From Mobula hypostoma (lineage: Eukaryota): a stretch of 64,000 bases of DNA. The stretch spans positions 186,374,001-186,438,000 of the forward strand of contig NC_086097.1 in the NCBI RefSeq assembly GCF_963921235.1, written 5' to 3'. Positions 50,377 through 62,908 of this stretch are shown here, one piece after another (position 1 is the first letter of the stretch; each line of letters begins with the position of its first letter). Made by a program: the position numbers and the translations under genes. The notes below the pieces were generated by a model. It searched no databases. It saw nothing but the letters and a program-made list of their open reading frames with translations, and was not told where the DNA came from.

Positions 50377-51174
50377 AACATAGAAACATAGAAAATAGGG
50401 ACAGGAGTAGGCCATTCGGCCCTTCAAGCCTGCACCGCCATTCAGTATGATCACGGCTGATCATCCAACTCAGAACCCTGCACCAGCCTTCCCTCCCTAT
50501 CCCCGATCCCTTTAGCCACAAGGGCCATATCTAACTCCCTCTTAAATATAGCCAATGAACTGGCCTCAACTGTTTCCTGTGGCAGAGAATTCCACAGATT
50601 CACCACTCTCTGTGTGAAGAAGTTTTTCCTCATCTCGGTCCTAAAAGGCTTCCCCGTTATCCTCAAACTGTGACCCCTTGTTCTGGACTTCCCCAACATC
50701 GGGAACAATCTTCCTGCATCTAGCCTGTCCGATCCCTTTAGAATTTTATACGTTTCAATCAGATCCCCCCTCAATCTTCTAAATTCCAACGAGTATAAGC
50801 CTAGTTCATCTAGTCTTTCATCATATGAAAGTCCTGCCATCCCAGGAATCAATCTGGTGAACCTTCCTTGTACTCCCTCTATGGCAAGGATGTCTTTCCT
50901 CAGATTAGGGGACCAAAACTGCACACAATACTCCAGGTGTGGTCTCACCAAGGCCTTGTACAACTGCAGTAGTACCTCCCTGCTCCTGTACTCGAATCCT
51001 CTTGCTATAAATGCCAGCATACCATTGGCCTTTTTCACCGCCTGCTGTACCTGCATGCCCACTTTCAATGACTGGTGTATAATGACACCCAGGTCTCGTT
51101 GCACTTCTTCTTTTCCTAATCGGCCACCATTCAAATAATAATCTGTTTTCCTGTTTTTGCCACCAAAGTGGATT
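50377..51174 (-). mobile_element. Young CR1 3' fragment with an open ORF2 C-terminus
   Basis: ORF 50451-51248 IHFG...QRDLGV...LYKALVRPHLEYCVQFWSP; AACATAGA tail. The ORF's first ~25 codons are flanking DNA. Confidence 0.93.
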
Positions 51175-51427
51175 CCTGCACTGTTTCCAATAGCCACTTC
51201 CCTGAGCAATTGTAACAAGCAGTGACTCAGTGCAAGGGCCCACTCCACATGTTAGGCTGTAACTGCACAATCAAAAGCAAAGTAGGCTAATCAGTCTCTC
51301 AAACCTGCTTCACCATCCAGTAAGATCAGAACCACCTTCAGAATCTGAATCAGATTTAGTACCACTGACAAATGTTGTGAAATATGTTCTTTTGCATCAG
51401 GCGTTCATTGTAATACATAGGAGAAGG

Positions 51428-52229
51428 AGCTTAGGAGGATTAATGGCGCCTAACAGCAACTCCTTTGCTTGCATCATTGGAAACGGCTCTATCTCTATCT
51501 TTAATATCTCTATTTTTCCCTTTCAGGGTTCTTTTGAAGACCCTGGCCTGGAGTTACACTCTGACTATGGTTTTTTGCGGGAATAGGACCCCTTCTCGGG
51601 GTTTCATGACTGGCCATAATTCGGCATGCCAAAAGCCCGGGCTAAGAGCTCAGCTTGCCTTCGGAGGGCTGAGATCTCACGGCGCTAGAGACAGGCGAAT
51701 CGAAGGTCAGTGTCTGGGCAGGAGATCGGTGTGTTGTGGGAGATGGAAGATCTAAGGCTGTGTGCACAGAGACCTGAGATCTTTGGGCACAGAGCTCGGG
51801 GGAAAAAAGTGACACAATGGACTTTTGACATCATAAACCAGTGAGCTGTTTTGTTTCCCCTCTCGCTGTGAAACGGAGATGTCTCTCTCTCCCTTATTAG
51901 GGAGAGAGAAAGCCTGTGGTATGTTGAATACCGGGTGAGAACGTAGCCTTTGGAGTACTGAAAGTCTGTTTTTGCTGTTGCTTTTCTCATGCTTGAGTGC
52001 TCAGTGGCGGGTGCCGATGCTTTTTTTTGCCAGTGTTGGGGGGAGGGGGATTGTTGCTTGCTGCTGCTTGCGCGTGGTATGGAGGGGAGCTGGGGGGATC
52101 TCGAGCTCTAACATTTATCTGTCATTCATTCTTTGGGGGCACTGTTTTCGTGAGTGGTTGTGAAGAAAAAGCATTTCGGGATGTATATTGTATACATTTC
52201 TCTGACATTAAATGTACCTTTGAAACCTA
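51428..52229 (+). mobile_element. Non-autonomous LINE derivative (ATGGCG-starting 5' UTR-like part plus Rex1-like tail)
   Basis: Starts GGAGGATTAATGGCGCC, CpG-rich, ends TCTGACATTAAATGTACCTTTGAAACC; no TE ORF. Confidence 0.5.
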
Positions 52230-53940
52230 ATAATATAAAATCTATATTACAATAATAGGTATATATAAAGCCAAATTTAACCAATCCACCAGGCAAGCAG
52301 AATTGAGAAACCCAAATATATTCATAGTGTAGCCTTCAACAGCCTTTCATAATTTGTTTTATTCCTTACAACACATTCTTGAATCTCAAATTCTATCGTC
52401 TTTACCATTCGGAAGTTGAATTTCAGGTATTAACACCATCAATACAGTTGACAATGCCTTAAGTACTGTGAAATAGCATAAATAATTCCAAGCAGTTTTC
52501 AACCATTACTGTTGCATTTAAAGGACTTGTTAATAAATGCTGGTGTGACAGCATTGATAGTGTCACAGGTACCAGCTGTGCATTGCCAGAGAGTTTACAC
52601 TATTGGTCCTAGCCTATTGGTCCTAGCTGACATTTTAACATTGACATGAACAATGCTATACTCTTAACATGTGCTGACTGATTGTCTTTCTGTTCATGTT
52701 ATGTTGGGACACTTGATTAATATAGTCATAATTACTCTGTTTATCAAAATTCATCAGTTACAATAGCATGTATATGGTTTCAACTTCTAGGAAGCAAACA
52801 TTTAAAGAAAACAGTTTAACTAATGCGGAACAGCTCTGGTTAAATTCAATGTGCCAATATAATTAGGAAAGGTTTTTGTTCCCTCCTATTGAACTGCAAT
52901 GCGGGGAACAAGCATGTGGTTTTATTGGCAACAACAACGTCCAAATGAGCTCTTGAAGGCTAAATCCATCATAATACCCAAATGGAATGCAATTGTTTTG
53001 TTTTGTTGTTCAGATTAACTGGCATAGGGAGCTAACTTATTTATTCAGATCCTACAGCAGCAGAATTATCCACTACCAGAATAACACTAGTTGGGAAAAT
53101 CTCATAATCATACCTGGCCATAGTAACACCAAAATAATATGTAAAATTTAGTAACATTTCCCTTGTCTCTTTCATGCTTAACTATTCCCAACAAGCCTGA
53201 TGCTGGTGATTACCAGTGACCCTGAAAACTTAACTAATGCTGACATTCACATTGAAAACAGCTAAATAACGAGTAACTAAAAGAATCTGACAACATTCGC
53301 AAGCTATCAATATCCACCAGAGGACATAAGCTGAATGTAGACTTCCTTTAAATCTTTAATACTTCACAGAAGTAAACTGTTTAAATTTGAAACAGTTCTT
53401 GGAAAAATCTCATTTTTATTTGTGCTCCATCTGGAATAGTACTAACATGGTACATGAACATCACTGAAAATAGTGTCTACTTTCTGTTCTCCTTTCTTGA
53501 GTAGTGGTGTTATATTTGAAATTTTTCGGTCCTCTGCGATGACTTCAGCAGCTAGTAAATTTTGGTAGATTTCAGCTAACACATCCACAATTTCAGCAGA
53601 GACTTCATTTAAGGTCATAGTGCTACGTTATTCATGTATATTTTGACCCTTACAGGTTGCTGTCAAGCTTACCTGCATGTTACACACTGGAAGTAATGTG
53701 AGAGGACATCCTGCGCAGATGACTTACAAGCAAATTAGACAGTTGCATGTTTGTTCATCACCTCTCTCTCTCATATGTGTTATTCACAGCTGCCTGGTTT
53801 CCCAGTACCATGAGGTCACAAGTCCTCGTACAGTAATTGTTGTTTTGGTCCCTTCGGAAGAGAAGTCTGGGTCCAGTGCTGTTGGTGTACCACTGTGTAA
53901 TGTGGATGTTTGAAAAGAAAACAGCAGCAGAAAGCATGGC

Positions 53941-55195
53941 ACACAAAACTCTCAGCAGCAACTCAGCAGGCCAGGCAGCGTCAACAGAAAAAAGTTCAGT
54001 CAATGTTTTGGGCTGAGACCCTTCAGCAGGACTGGAGGAAAAGAGGACGAGGAGTAGATAGATTTAAAAGGTGGGGAGTGTAGAGAGAGAGGAGCACAAG
54101 GTGATAGGTGAAACTGGGAGGTGGAGGGATGAAGTAAAGAGCTGGGAGGTTGATTGGTGTAAGGGATAAAGGGTTGGAGAAGAGGGAGTCTGATGGGAAA
54201 GGACAGAAGGACATGGAAGAAAGAGAAGTGGGGAGGAGCAACAGAGGGAGGTGATGGGCAGGCAAGGAGATAAGCTGAGAGAGAAGAGACGATGGGGAAT
54301 GGTGAAGTGGGGTGGGGGTGGGGGTCATTACCAGAAGTTTGAGAAAGCAATGTTCATGCCATCAGGTTGGAGGCTACCCAGACAGAATATAAGCTGTTGT
54401 TCCTCCAACCTGAGTGGGGCCTCATTGTGACAGTAGAGGAAGCCATGGATTGACATATCAGAATGGGAAGTAGAATAAAAATGGGTGGCCATTGTGAGAT
54501 CCCACTTGTTCTGCTGGATGGAGCATAGGTGCTCAGTGAAGTGGTCTCCCAAACTACACTGGGTCTTACCAATATACAGGAAGCCACAACAGGGGCACTG
54601 GGCACATCAGACCCTAACAGACTCACAGGTGAAGTGCCAAATGGACAAGGGAGTTGTGTAGGGAGCAATCCTTTCAGAAAGCAGAAATTGGAGGGGAGGG
54701 AACGGTGTGCTTCGTGGTGGGATCTCATTGGAGATGGCAGAAGTTCCAGAGAATTATGTGCTGGACATGGAGGTTGGTGGGGTGGTAGGTGAGGACAAGA
54801 GGAACCCTATCCCTGGTAGGGTGGCAGAAGGATGGGGTAAGAGCAGATGTGTGTGAAATGGAAGAGATGTGTTGAGGGCAGCATTGATGGTGGAGGAAGG
54901 GAAGCCCCTTCTTTTGAAAAAGATGGATATCTCCTTTGTTCTAGAATGAAAAGCCTCATCCTGAGAGCAAATGCTGTGGAGATGAAGGAATTGAGAGAAG
55001 AGGATGGCATTTTTTTTTACAAGTGACAGGGTGGGAAGAGGTATAGAACAGGTAGCTGTGAGAGTCCATGGGTTTATAATAGACACCAGTAGATGAGCTG
55101 TTTACAGAGATAGAGACAGAGAGATCGAGAAAGGGGAGGGCGGTGTCAGTAATGGACCAGGTAAATTTGAGGGCAGGGTGGAATCTGGAGGCAGG
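53941..55195 (-). mobile_element. Older Penelope-like element (RT C-terminus, GIY-YIG, pLTR)
   Basis: LKFTWSI...LPFLDLSV...YYKPMDSHSYLFYTSSHP; GDHFTEH...QPDGMNIAF; degenerate hammerhead 53998-54033. Confidence 0.88.
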
Positions 55196-55687
55196 AAGTG
55201 TGGTAAGTGAAGAATCCAAGGGGAGAGAACAAGAATGGAATGGTTAAATAAAACAAATAAGAGGGAGAGAGGGAGACAGAAGCCTGGTTAACTTTTCTGG
55301 AACATGATAATGTTTGAAAATGATGACAATGTTTGGAAGTATGGGGCTGTATGACAAAGTGACAGAGCAATAGAGTTAATATACTAAAAGATTTGAATGT
55401 TTTGCACTGGCATATCAAATTTCAGGTGATATTCATGTTCCAACTTTTCTGACTGTGATGGGTGCAAAAACATTGACTTTATTACACAGCCTAGTGCAAC
55501 CTGCTCGCCTGATGACAAGACTCATGGGGACAAAGTTAAAGCCTTGAAGGACCACTATTCACCTTAACCTTTGAATATTTCTCAAAGATTTAGACTTCAT
55601 AAACAGAATCAAGAGGAAGGCGAGTCTATTTCATAGTTTGTGGCAGTGCTGAAACAATCGTCTGAGCACTTTGCTTCTGAGCAATCA

Positions 55688-55935
55688 CATGATAGCATAA
55701 AATTTAGTGCAACGCAATTACAACTCAGGGCGTTCCAGAGTTCAATTCCAGTGCCTTTTTGTAAGGAGTCACTGTACAACCTTATAGAATGTGATGGTTT
55801 TTTCTGGGTGCTCTTGTTACCTTCCACAGTCCAAAGACATACTGAGTAGGTTAATTGGTCATTGTAGGTTAGGGTTAATTGAGTTTGCTGGGGGTTACTG
55901 TGCTGCATCACAAAATAAATGAAATAAATAAATAA
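55688..55935 (+). mobile_element. V-domain SINE nested in gag
   Basis: GAGTTCAATTCC B box, GGTTTTTTCTGGGTGCTC...CCACAGTCCAAAGACAT V-core, AAAT tail. Confidence 0.7.
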
Positions 55936-58374
55936 GACCCATTATGTGATATAATTGTATGTGGTCTGGTACATACAAGTCTCATAATATATGTTGCAGG
56001 GCTCATGCAACTCAGAAATATTTGCACACAGAAGACAGACTTACATTACAGAAAGCAATTAAGATAAGTTCATCTCTGGAAATGGCAACTAAGGAAGCAC
56101 AGATATTAAGCACATCTTTCCAAGTTCTTTAAGTTTCTACTGCCTTTAAAAATAAGACCCCTATTGGCAATCAATGTTACCATAGTGGCAAAACCTGGCA
56201 TTTAGCAAAAGAATGCTGGTATAAGGATTTACAAAGCAGAAGCTGTGGCAAAAAGGGACATATTGAACACACCTGTAAAAGTAACAAGACACTGTCAACC
56301 AAAAACACTGTAATAAAGAAAAATAATTTTGGAAAAACAAGAAGAAACATGTGAACATGATGGAGAATACTGAGGACAGACTGAGTGACTCCTGAAAAAA
56401 AATTTGCATGTTTTATTCGCTTCACCCGGTAGTGTTTCTCTGACAGCTAGTTGGTGACCCCATGGTTGGATGGGGCCACAGTAAGGATGCAGGCAGACAA
56501 GGGAGCTGCAGTTTCACTATTGTCAGAGAAAGTACAAGGAGAAATTGCAGCATCTTGCCCCAAAGGGGAAAGGCTGACTTTGAAGATTTACACTGGTGGG
56601 GTTGTTCCAGAGAGGGGAGTAATACATGTTACAGTGGAGATGAAGGAACAGAGAAAGAAATTTCCCCTGTACTTAGTTAAAGGTCATTATCCACATTTCT
56701 GGGCCACTCGTGGTTGGAGCAACTCAAACTCAACTAGCACAACGTGCACTTGATTGGTGGGAGCACTGATCAATAAAAGATTGAAAAAGCATGCAAAAAA
56801 TATTCAACAGAGAACTGGGCAGTATGATAGGAATCACGATTAAGCTGGCCGTTAAGCCAGGCACAACAGCCAAATGTCTGAAGGCAAAATCTATTCCATA
56901 CACCCTCAAACCAAAGGTAGAGGCTGAATTGGAAGGCCTGGTCCAGAGTGCAATATCAGAACAAGTGTGTGTAAGTAAATTGGCAAATCCAGTGGTTCCT
57001 AAAAAAGGGATGGGTCTTTAGGCTTTGTGGAGACTTCAAGGTAACCATTAACCAAGTTCTCACGGCTGAACGTTGATGACCTTTTTGCAGAATTGGATGG
57101 AAGATAGATATTTAAAAAGATAGACTTCTGTCAAACATACTTGTAGCTGCATGTGGGGCCAGAGTCACTGGAACTCTTGACCATAATGACTCATAAAGGA
57201 ATACTCAGTAACCAAAGGCCTCTGTCTGGCATCACCTCAGCTCCCACACTTTTTCAGCAAGCAATGGTCCAGATTCTGAGTGGGTACAATGCTATTTGGA
57301 TGCTTTACTCATTACTGGGAAAAGTGAGTGTGAACATCTAGAAAACTTGGATGCTACACCAAAACAACTCATGGGATATGGTCAAAGGGTCTGGAAGGAC
57401 AAGTGAGAGTTCTTTTGACTTTCAGTTGAATATTTGGATCATGTGATCAACAACTCACAGCTTCACAAGTTACCATCAAAGGTGAAGGCAACTGTGGAGG
57501 CTCCATCACCACAGAACGTAAGTCAATTCAGATCATTCTTAGGACTACTAACATACTACACAACATTTGTTCCTAACCAAGCTAGTGTGCTGAAACCACT
57601 TCATGAGCTTATAAATAAATCAACCCACTGGCAGTGGACAGTGAAGAGGCTTTTAAAAAGGCCAAATCAGCTTTGTCACAATATGAAGCATTCACACACT
57701 TCAACCTGTTATTGCCCATACAGTTGGCTGTGATGCATCACCCTATGGTGAGGGGGAAGTTATCTCAACATCATGCCATTGGATGAAGAGCATCCAATCA
57801 TTTGTGCATCAAGGACATTAAGCAAGGCAGAAAGCAACTATGCCCAAATTCAGTGGGAAGCACTTGCAATTGTCTTCGGAGTTAAGAAATTTCATCAGTT
57901 CCTCTTTGGTCAATGATTTGCACTACTGATAGATTATTGCTCCTTGATGTCAATACTTGGCCCACATACAGGCACTCCTTCCATGGCTGTTAGTCAAATA
58001 CATCATTGGGCTCTGTTACTATCTGTACAGCAATACAATATAAAGTACAAGAAGTCCAAAAACTATTTGAATGCTGCTGAACTATCCAGGCTTCCCATTA
58101 GACGCTACAGATCCAGAGCCATCCCTGAAAGGGATCTTTTGCTTCAAGGAAGTACCTACAGCTCTGATAACTGTGGCGCAAATCCAGAGAAACACGGACT
58201 GATCCTGTTCTATCTAAATGGTGGACATAGTAACTCACAAATGGGAAGGAGTGGCAAACAAAGAATCTAAACCATACAAGGTTTGATGGGAAGAGCTCAC
58301 AGTCCATGCTGGATATTTACTATGGGGCTACTGTGTTGTCATTCCTCCACCATTAAAAAAGCAAGTACTTGACG

Positions 58375-58643
58375 GCTGGTGGTACAGCGACATCAGCGCC
58401 GGACTCCGGAACAGAAGTTCCCGGGTTCAAGTCCAGTTGGGCCATTCCCAAGTACGCTTTCCATCCGTGCCAGGTTGGGTGTTGAGCTTGCTACTCGACC
58501 TCATAAAATAAAGAAAATACTGTACTGCGAAATGTCTGTGTGAGGAGTAGCACGCCCCACAGTCTCTCGTTCTGCGCCTTGTAAGGCGTGAAAATGCCCG
58601 ATGCTGGCCTCTCAGGCCTGAGTCGATGTCATCATCACCATCA
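58375..58643 (+). mobile_element. tRNA-derived SINE with (CAT)n tail nested in integrase
   Basis: TGGTACAGCG A-box-like, GGTTCAAGTCC B box, TGACG TSD (58370-58374, 58644-58648); removal restores VLD-ELPARHCG. Confidence 0.8.
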
Positions 58644-59509
58644 TGACGAGCTACCTGCAAGACACTGTGGCGAGCTGTGCATGAAAGAAATCACACGCAG
58701 CTCGTTCTGGTGGCCAGGGTTGGATGTAACCATTGAAGAGAGAGCCAAAGAATGCCCACATTGTCAGCAATTGAGAAATGTTCCTCAATTTGCTCCTTTG
58801 CATCCATGGGAATGGCCTGAAGAGCCATGACAGAGGACGTACATATATTTTGCAGAACCTATAGAACGCAACATGTTCTTGGTTGTAGTGAACACACACA
58901 GCAAATAGCCTGAGATTGTCATCATGTGAAAAATGCATTAAGGAGCTACAATCCATCTTTAGCCATTTTGGGCTTCCTCAACAGCTTGTAAGTGATGATG
59001 GTCCAGTATTCCTGTCTGAAAAGTTCAAGGCATTTGTAGAAGCAAACAGTATTCAGCACATTATATCGGCATCATATCATCCAGACACTAATGACCTTGC
59101 TGAATGATTTGTACAAACAATGAAACAAGCTCTCGAGACTTCAGTGGGAAGTGACTCCCTCAACCAACATCTTAACACTTTCCCCTGACATACCACAACA
59201 CATCTCATGCCACCACCCACTGCAGAGATGAAAAGACAGCTTTTCATCTGAGACTTTCTTAGACACTCAAAAGCAAAACAGATCATGCTAAATATACAGA
59301 AAACTCAAGTAGAGAGATATGCCAAAGCAAAGTACAGAAATTTCACAGCAGGAGAAAGAGTATTTGCCCAGAACTGCATCTGTGGAACAACGTAGATGCC
59401 TGCGACAATGGTGCCACAAATTGGTTGAGTGTCATATACAGTGGAAACTAGTAACCACAATATCTACAGCAGGCATGTTGATCAGTTGTCGCTAACCTCT
59501 GAGGTTACT

Positions 59510-59983
59510 GGTTGGCATCCGTCTGTCTCGAGTGCAATGGGTGATAATGATGATTATAACAAGCCTGGCTGGAAGGTACGGAGATGCCCAGTTGTCAGGA
59601 TCCCCCTCTTGGTTTCACCAGTGTTGTCCAAAGGAAAGCAATACATTTGACACCAGCTTGGCTGCAGGAGCTGCCTGAAGGATGTTCAGTGATGTCCAGC
59701 TGCCTTTTGGGCTCCACTCCCACCAGTGGGTTTGCATGCTATGTGAGCAGGGTCCAGACCTCCTCCCCATCCTTTGTAGTTCAGTCTGAGTCCAAAAGGA
59801 CTTAAGTTTCCATGTGTTGCCAACAAGGAGGCACTACATGAGGCTTGCTATTGGAGAGGCTATGTACTGGCAGGGAGAGATTTACACAGTCAGCTCTCCT
59901 TTTCACAATACTGCTAACCATTGGTGGAAGCAGAAAGTGGGAGCGACTAGACTACCACACTGGACGCATCACAACAACCATTT
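59510..59983 (-). mobile_element. Bipartite non-autonomous RTE-derived element
   Basis: 10-bp near-TSD TGAGGTTACT/TGAGGCTACT; minus strand ends CTCGAGACAGACGGATGCCAAC (RTE-type 3' end); no ORF. Confidence 0.7.
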
Positions 59984-60786
59984 TGAGGCTACTAAAAGCC
60001 AACATAACTGACCAATCGAGATCCAGTTGTAGAAATGGGACAGGATTCTGAGACAATGACTGCAGAACCTCCATTAGGATCAAATGACACAGCCAGTGCT
60101 CCCCCTTCGCCTGTGGTTTCTGAGGTGCCCCCTGCTGACAACATAGTACCCAAGCCAAGATCTATACACACACCACCAGGAGATAAAATAACTTTGGCAT
60201 CATCTACAGTTTGTCAGTACCCACACAGGGACAGGTGGCTTCCGGACAGATTGATTCTCTAGTGACTCACCTTCAGCACATGGGGTAGAATAATCCCCAG
60301 GGTTATGTCTGGGAATCAAGGCCTAGTTTAGAAAAAATGTTTTTGCTCTTGGTTGAATTTGGTGATTATTCCATTAAATGTTATTAGTTCAGCAGCTGGT
60401 CTGTGTATGGGATGGGGGATTGATACGTTATGTGTTCATGTATGTTTTGACCCTTACAGATTGCTGTCAGGCTTCCCTGTGTATTACGTATTGAGCGTAA
60501 TGTGAGAGGGCATACTGGGTAGATAACTTACAAGTAAAATTATCAACAGCATGTTTTTCCTTTCCTCTCCATCTCTTGTGTAAGGCCAGCTTCCCAGTGC
60601 CACAAACATAACACTTTAGGATACTTGCTAATATGTCCAACATACTTTTTGGTAACAGTCTCACTAGTTTGCTAGTTACTGGTTTTTTTTAGTGATTTAG
60701 ATTGTTTTCATTTTTCTCCCCCTCTAAATTCCTGTAATTATTAGGATTTTTATTGTCTTTTACTGTGAAAATGCAGTCCAAAAATA

Positions 60787-61247
60787 CACTAAAAAACCAC
60801 TTTATTATGTACCTCCTGTACCTAATGAAGTGGTCGTTGAATGAATGTATGTTTGTGGTTTTCTGCTGCATCCACGCTAAGGTTTGGCCTGGTGTGCATT
60901 CAGACATGCTCTTCTGCACACCACTGTGGTAACGAGTGGTTATTTGTGTTACTGTTGCCTTCCTGTCAGCTTAAACTAGTCTGGCCATTCTCCTCTGACC
61001 TGCCTCACTAACAAGGTGTTTTTGGCCACAGCATCCACAGAACTAGATTGTTTTTTTTTTGTTTTTCACACTATTCTCTGTAACCTCTAGAGACGGTTCT
61101 GCATGAAAATCCCAGGAGATCAGCAGCTTCTGAGATATTTAAACCATCCCATCTGGCACCAACAATTATTCCATGATCAAAGTCACTTTAGATCACATTT
61201 CTCCTCATGCTGATATTTGGTGTACCTAATAAAATGGCTGCTCAGTG
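60787..61247. mobile_element. Tc1-derived non-autonomous element (MITE-like)
   Basis: TA flanks; TIRs CACT...CCACTTTATTATGTACC and GTGTACCTAATAAAATGGCTGCTCAGTG; an extra inverted TIR copy at 60817-60833. Confidence 0.7.
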
Positions 61248-61954
61248 TACACCCATTTTTTCCAAATGTCCCTGTTTCAGGCTGGCTGTTCTGTGAAAGT
61301 GTGCATTTCCTCCTAAGGTATCTCTTACTCTTTGGCAAGTCCTTACATTTGTATCATCAACAGATTTTAACTCTGGTATCAAGAGCTATGCTTCACTCTC
61401 CAAGAAAAAGCTATTTTTTTCTGTACTGTCAAAAATTGTTGAAAAATATGCTCTTTATTCCAATAGCTTCAGATTATTCATAGAACGAGGCAAATGACAA
61501 TGTGTGACTGTCTGAGATGCTGGTAACAGCTTTTCTGTGTACCATTACTGACAAGTGCAGCCACTTTAGTTAGACATGCCATTAAATATTCCACTTGAAG
61601 AATAGAATGAGCATGATTGGATTCTAACATTAACCCTATGCGTGACTTGGCAGTGGCTCTGCATGAACAAAATGCTCTAGGGAATGTTACTGACATACAG
61701 TGATGGAGAATCTCACAAAGCAGCCTAATAATCTGGTGTCTAATAGCAGAAAAAAGTATTCAGCCTTCAAGGTGGAGATTCAATAACTAGTGGGTATATT
61801 CTGCAGGCATAAACATCAGTGAGCACGAGTTAGTGACATTTCCTCCTGTACTTGCTAAAATGTACATCAACAGGAAAGAGTCTTGTATTTATTTAGACAG
61901 CAAATACTCATGCAGCTGCCTTCACAGCTCAAGCTCAAGGAAAAAGGTTTCTAT

Positions 61955-62437
61955 CACAAGGTTACAGGAGATTTACAAGGATGTTGCCTGGATTGGAGAG
62001 TGTGCCTTATGAAAGTAGGTTGAGTGAACTTGACCTTTTCTCCTGGGAGTGACGGAGGATGAGAGGTGACTTGATAGAGGTATAAGGTGATGAGAGGCAT
62101 TGATTGTGTGGATAGCCAGAGGCTTTTTCCCAGGGCTGAAATGGCTAACATGCAGCAGCATAGTTTTAAGGTGCTTGGAAATAGATACAGAGGGGATGTC
62201 AGGGGTAAGTTTTCACATAGAGAGTGCTGGGTGCATGGAATACACTGCCGGTGACGGTGGTGGAGGCAGATATCATAGGGTCTTTTAAGAGACTCTTAGA
62301 TAGGTACATGCAGCTTAGAAAAATAGAGGACTATGCGCTAGGGAAATTCTAGGCAATTTCTAGAGTAGGTTACATGGTCGGCATAACATTGTGAGCTGAA
62401 GGGCCTGGAATGTGCTGTAGCTATCTATCATCTATTC
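61955..62437 (+). mobile_element. CR1 3' fragment
   Basis: RFTRMLPGL...VDSQRLFPRAEM; same family as 34120-34480. Confidence 0.88.
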
Positions 62438-62657
62438 CATCAGTTGAAATCAAAAATCTCTAGATGGGCAGGAATGTGAGTCTTAATTAAAGGACCAAGG
62501 GATATAGATAGATTAAGTGAGTGTTATGCTGTTGCATCTAAGAGCATCTCAGCTATTTGTGGTATTTGATGTAACATGGAATTTCCATTCCTTGGGTTTT
62601 GCTCTGTGATATCATGTTTTAGAGGATGGTGATCCTATCCTATACATAAACAGTAGG

Positions 62658-62709
62658 TAGATTCCAGGACATTGTATTGCTAATAGATTCCAGGACATTG
62701 TATTGCTAA
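62658..62709 (+). repeat. Perfect 26-bp tandem duplication
   Basis: TAGATTCCAGGACATTGTATTGCTAA twice. Confidence 0.9.
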
Positions 62710-62908
62710 TCTCCTGAAATCTTTCTGTCCTCTGATGCATCTAGATTCAGGTAGAACATCACTTCCCATATCAATTATCATGTGCAGGTTAGTTGGAGGT
62801 AGCAAAGTATTCCGATCTGGGCCCCTTAAACATTTAAACTTGAATCTGAAAAGCTGAAAAAACTTTGGAAAAATGAGATAAATGCTATTTATGACCTTTC
62901 CTGGGTCT

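Larger units (their letters stand above)
53621..60613 (+). mobile_element. Near full-length decayed Gypsy (Mag-like) LTR retrotransposon with four nested insertions
   Basis: Matching LTR-like repeats from 53621 and 60421 (TTTTGACCCTTACAG.TTGCTGTCA); purine tract 60408-60419; gag (PTFLTVMGAKT; NQEEGESIS), knuckles, protease (MQADKGAAVS), RT, RNase H (DASPYG), integrase (FWWPGLD...CPHCQQ...PLHPWEWP; VSDDGP; YHPDTNDLAE). Confidence 0.9.

Noticed and set aside
52538..52627. Short TGTGACA/TGTCACA hairpin and a 14-bp tandem CTATTGGTCCTAGC
   Set aside because: Too short to distinguish from chance or local slippage.
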